From contig ADNK01000506.1 in NCBI GenBank assembly GCA_000320545.1, positions 1 to 64,000 on the forward strand: 64,000 bases of DNA. Direction: 5' to 3'. Position numbers and translations under genes: made by a program. Source of the stretch: Bigelowiella natans CCMP2755 (lineage: Eukaryota > Protista > Cercozoa). Shown here one piece after another: positions 62,780-64,000 of the stretch (positions within the stretch are counted from its first letter, which is position 1; each line of letters starts with the position of its first letter). The notes below the pieces were generated by a model. The model was not told the origin of the DNA. It did not search any database and worked only from the letters and a program-made list of their open reading frames with translations.

Positions 62780-63540
62780 GAGCCACGAGTTTTGTTGTTT
62801 CTTCATGGATCAGCGCATCATGCACGCCACATTTTGATGTGTCATGCAAAAAGCTTCAGCGTTACACTGACAAGCACTGTCTGCATTGGTTCAATCATTG
62901 CATGTTCCTAGATTCTAGCTGTTTCGCTAGTTCGGCGGGGTCGTGAATGCCAAAATGTGTTGAATGTTGCAATCTGTCACCAGCACATACTTGACACATC
63001 TAGCTCATCTCTAGCTAAACAAAATTGATTGATTCTGGCTAGCTAGCCAGTGGCTTTGCAAATCCATTGCACAGCTAGACAACTCTAGAGCTAGCCAGCT
63101 AGCGAACACGAGTTTCATTCCTAGCATTGTTCAACTGTGAGATGCGTCAACAAAGAAGATCAATGAAATCATCTAGATGTGCGCAGAAACATGCAAGCTC
63201 TTTTGTGAAATTAACTTCTTCTTAGTAGAAGGCCCCATGGGCGCAAATTGACATGTCTAGTCTAGAAGTGAGCACTAAACACAAGCTTTTCTTGAGCATC
63301 CCACCTACGCCAAGCAGACGCAGCAGCAACATCTTCTTTTGCGTGAGCCATCCATTCTGGCCTTTCTTTGTGTTGGGCTCAACATGTGTGTCAGATGCAC
63401 GAGTACTTCCTTTTCACTTGTTGCAGCATCACAGGCTGGCTGAACAAATGTTGTAGAGGATCGCCGTGATGAAAGTGTTTGATCTTTATGGACTGTCCGT
63501 TTCACGTCATAGTTGCAACTGCTACCCCATGAACGAAATT
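62780..63540. other. TpA-reduced, CTAG-rich intergenic block 7
   Basis: Starts just after the LIG6 stop; dense CTAG at 62908-63270. Confidence 0.8.
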
Positions 63541-64000
63541 TTTCAAACGCGTGTGGTGTCTGTGCACGATTTATCATTAGAAAATTAAAAATAGTCTTGC
63601 ATCGAGCAAAATATTTGTGAATCTACTGACGATGTTGGTGCTCGTTCAAGAGCAGATCGCAATTTAGCACAAGCAAGGTCCAGGTCTAAACATTGCACCA
63701 CCCTATTTGTAGAACGAACTTCCCAAATGCAATTCTCAATGATCAGAATGTACTTACCAACATCAAGAGCTAGGGACTGTCGAATGTGGCTACAAACTTT
63801 TCGAGAATCCTTTAAGCCTGCAAACATCTAGGTGCAGACGCCAATTTCATTTTGGAAAAGTGAAACGAAGAACGATTGAGACCTTCGACACAAAATGAGC
63901 AATAGGTTTGTGATTCTTCACAAGAGCGCGGAAAGCCAGCAGCGAGGTGTCGACGAAATTGTGCCAATATAGACTTTCATTAAAGGTATTTTTAGTTGTG

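Overview
Intron-rich eukaryotic (protist/algal-type) nuclear DNA read with the standard code. I cannot name the organism from sequence alone. Nine host genes are reconstructable by hand: SKIP16/FBXO3-like F-box-ApaG, EML/EMAP WD40, CCT6, SDE2, an HMG-box protein, an S10 serine carboxypeptidase, trehalose-6-P synthase/phosphatase, an RRM protein and a plant-type DNA ligase 6. The window also holds one intact, very young Ty3/gypsy LTR retrotransposon (22438-28153) and a 276-bp element with hairpin termini. The strongest unexplained signal is compositional. Every non-divergent intergenic interval contains a 0.6-1.7 kb block almost free of TpA except inside CTAG, while TG/CA is abundant and CpG is retained. 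This looks like a targeted TpA->TpG/CpA (A-to-G) hypermutation process, an adenine analogue of fungal RIP. The young retrotransposon sits inside one such block, is itself unmutated, and carries a degenerate Dam-like N6-adenine methyltransferase domain fused to an unusual DD27E integrase. Exon structures and family calls come from manual reading and motif recall, not database searches.
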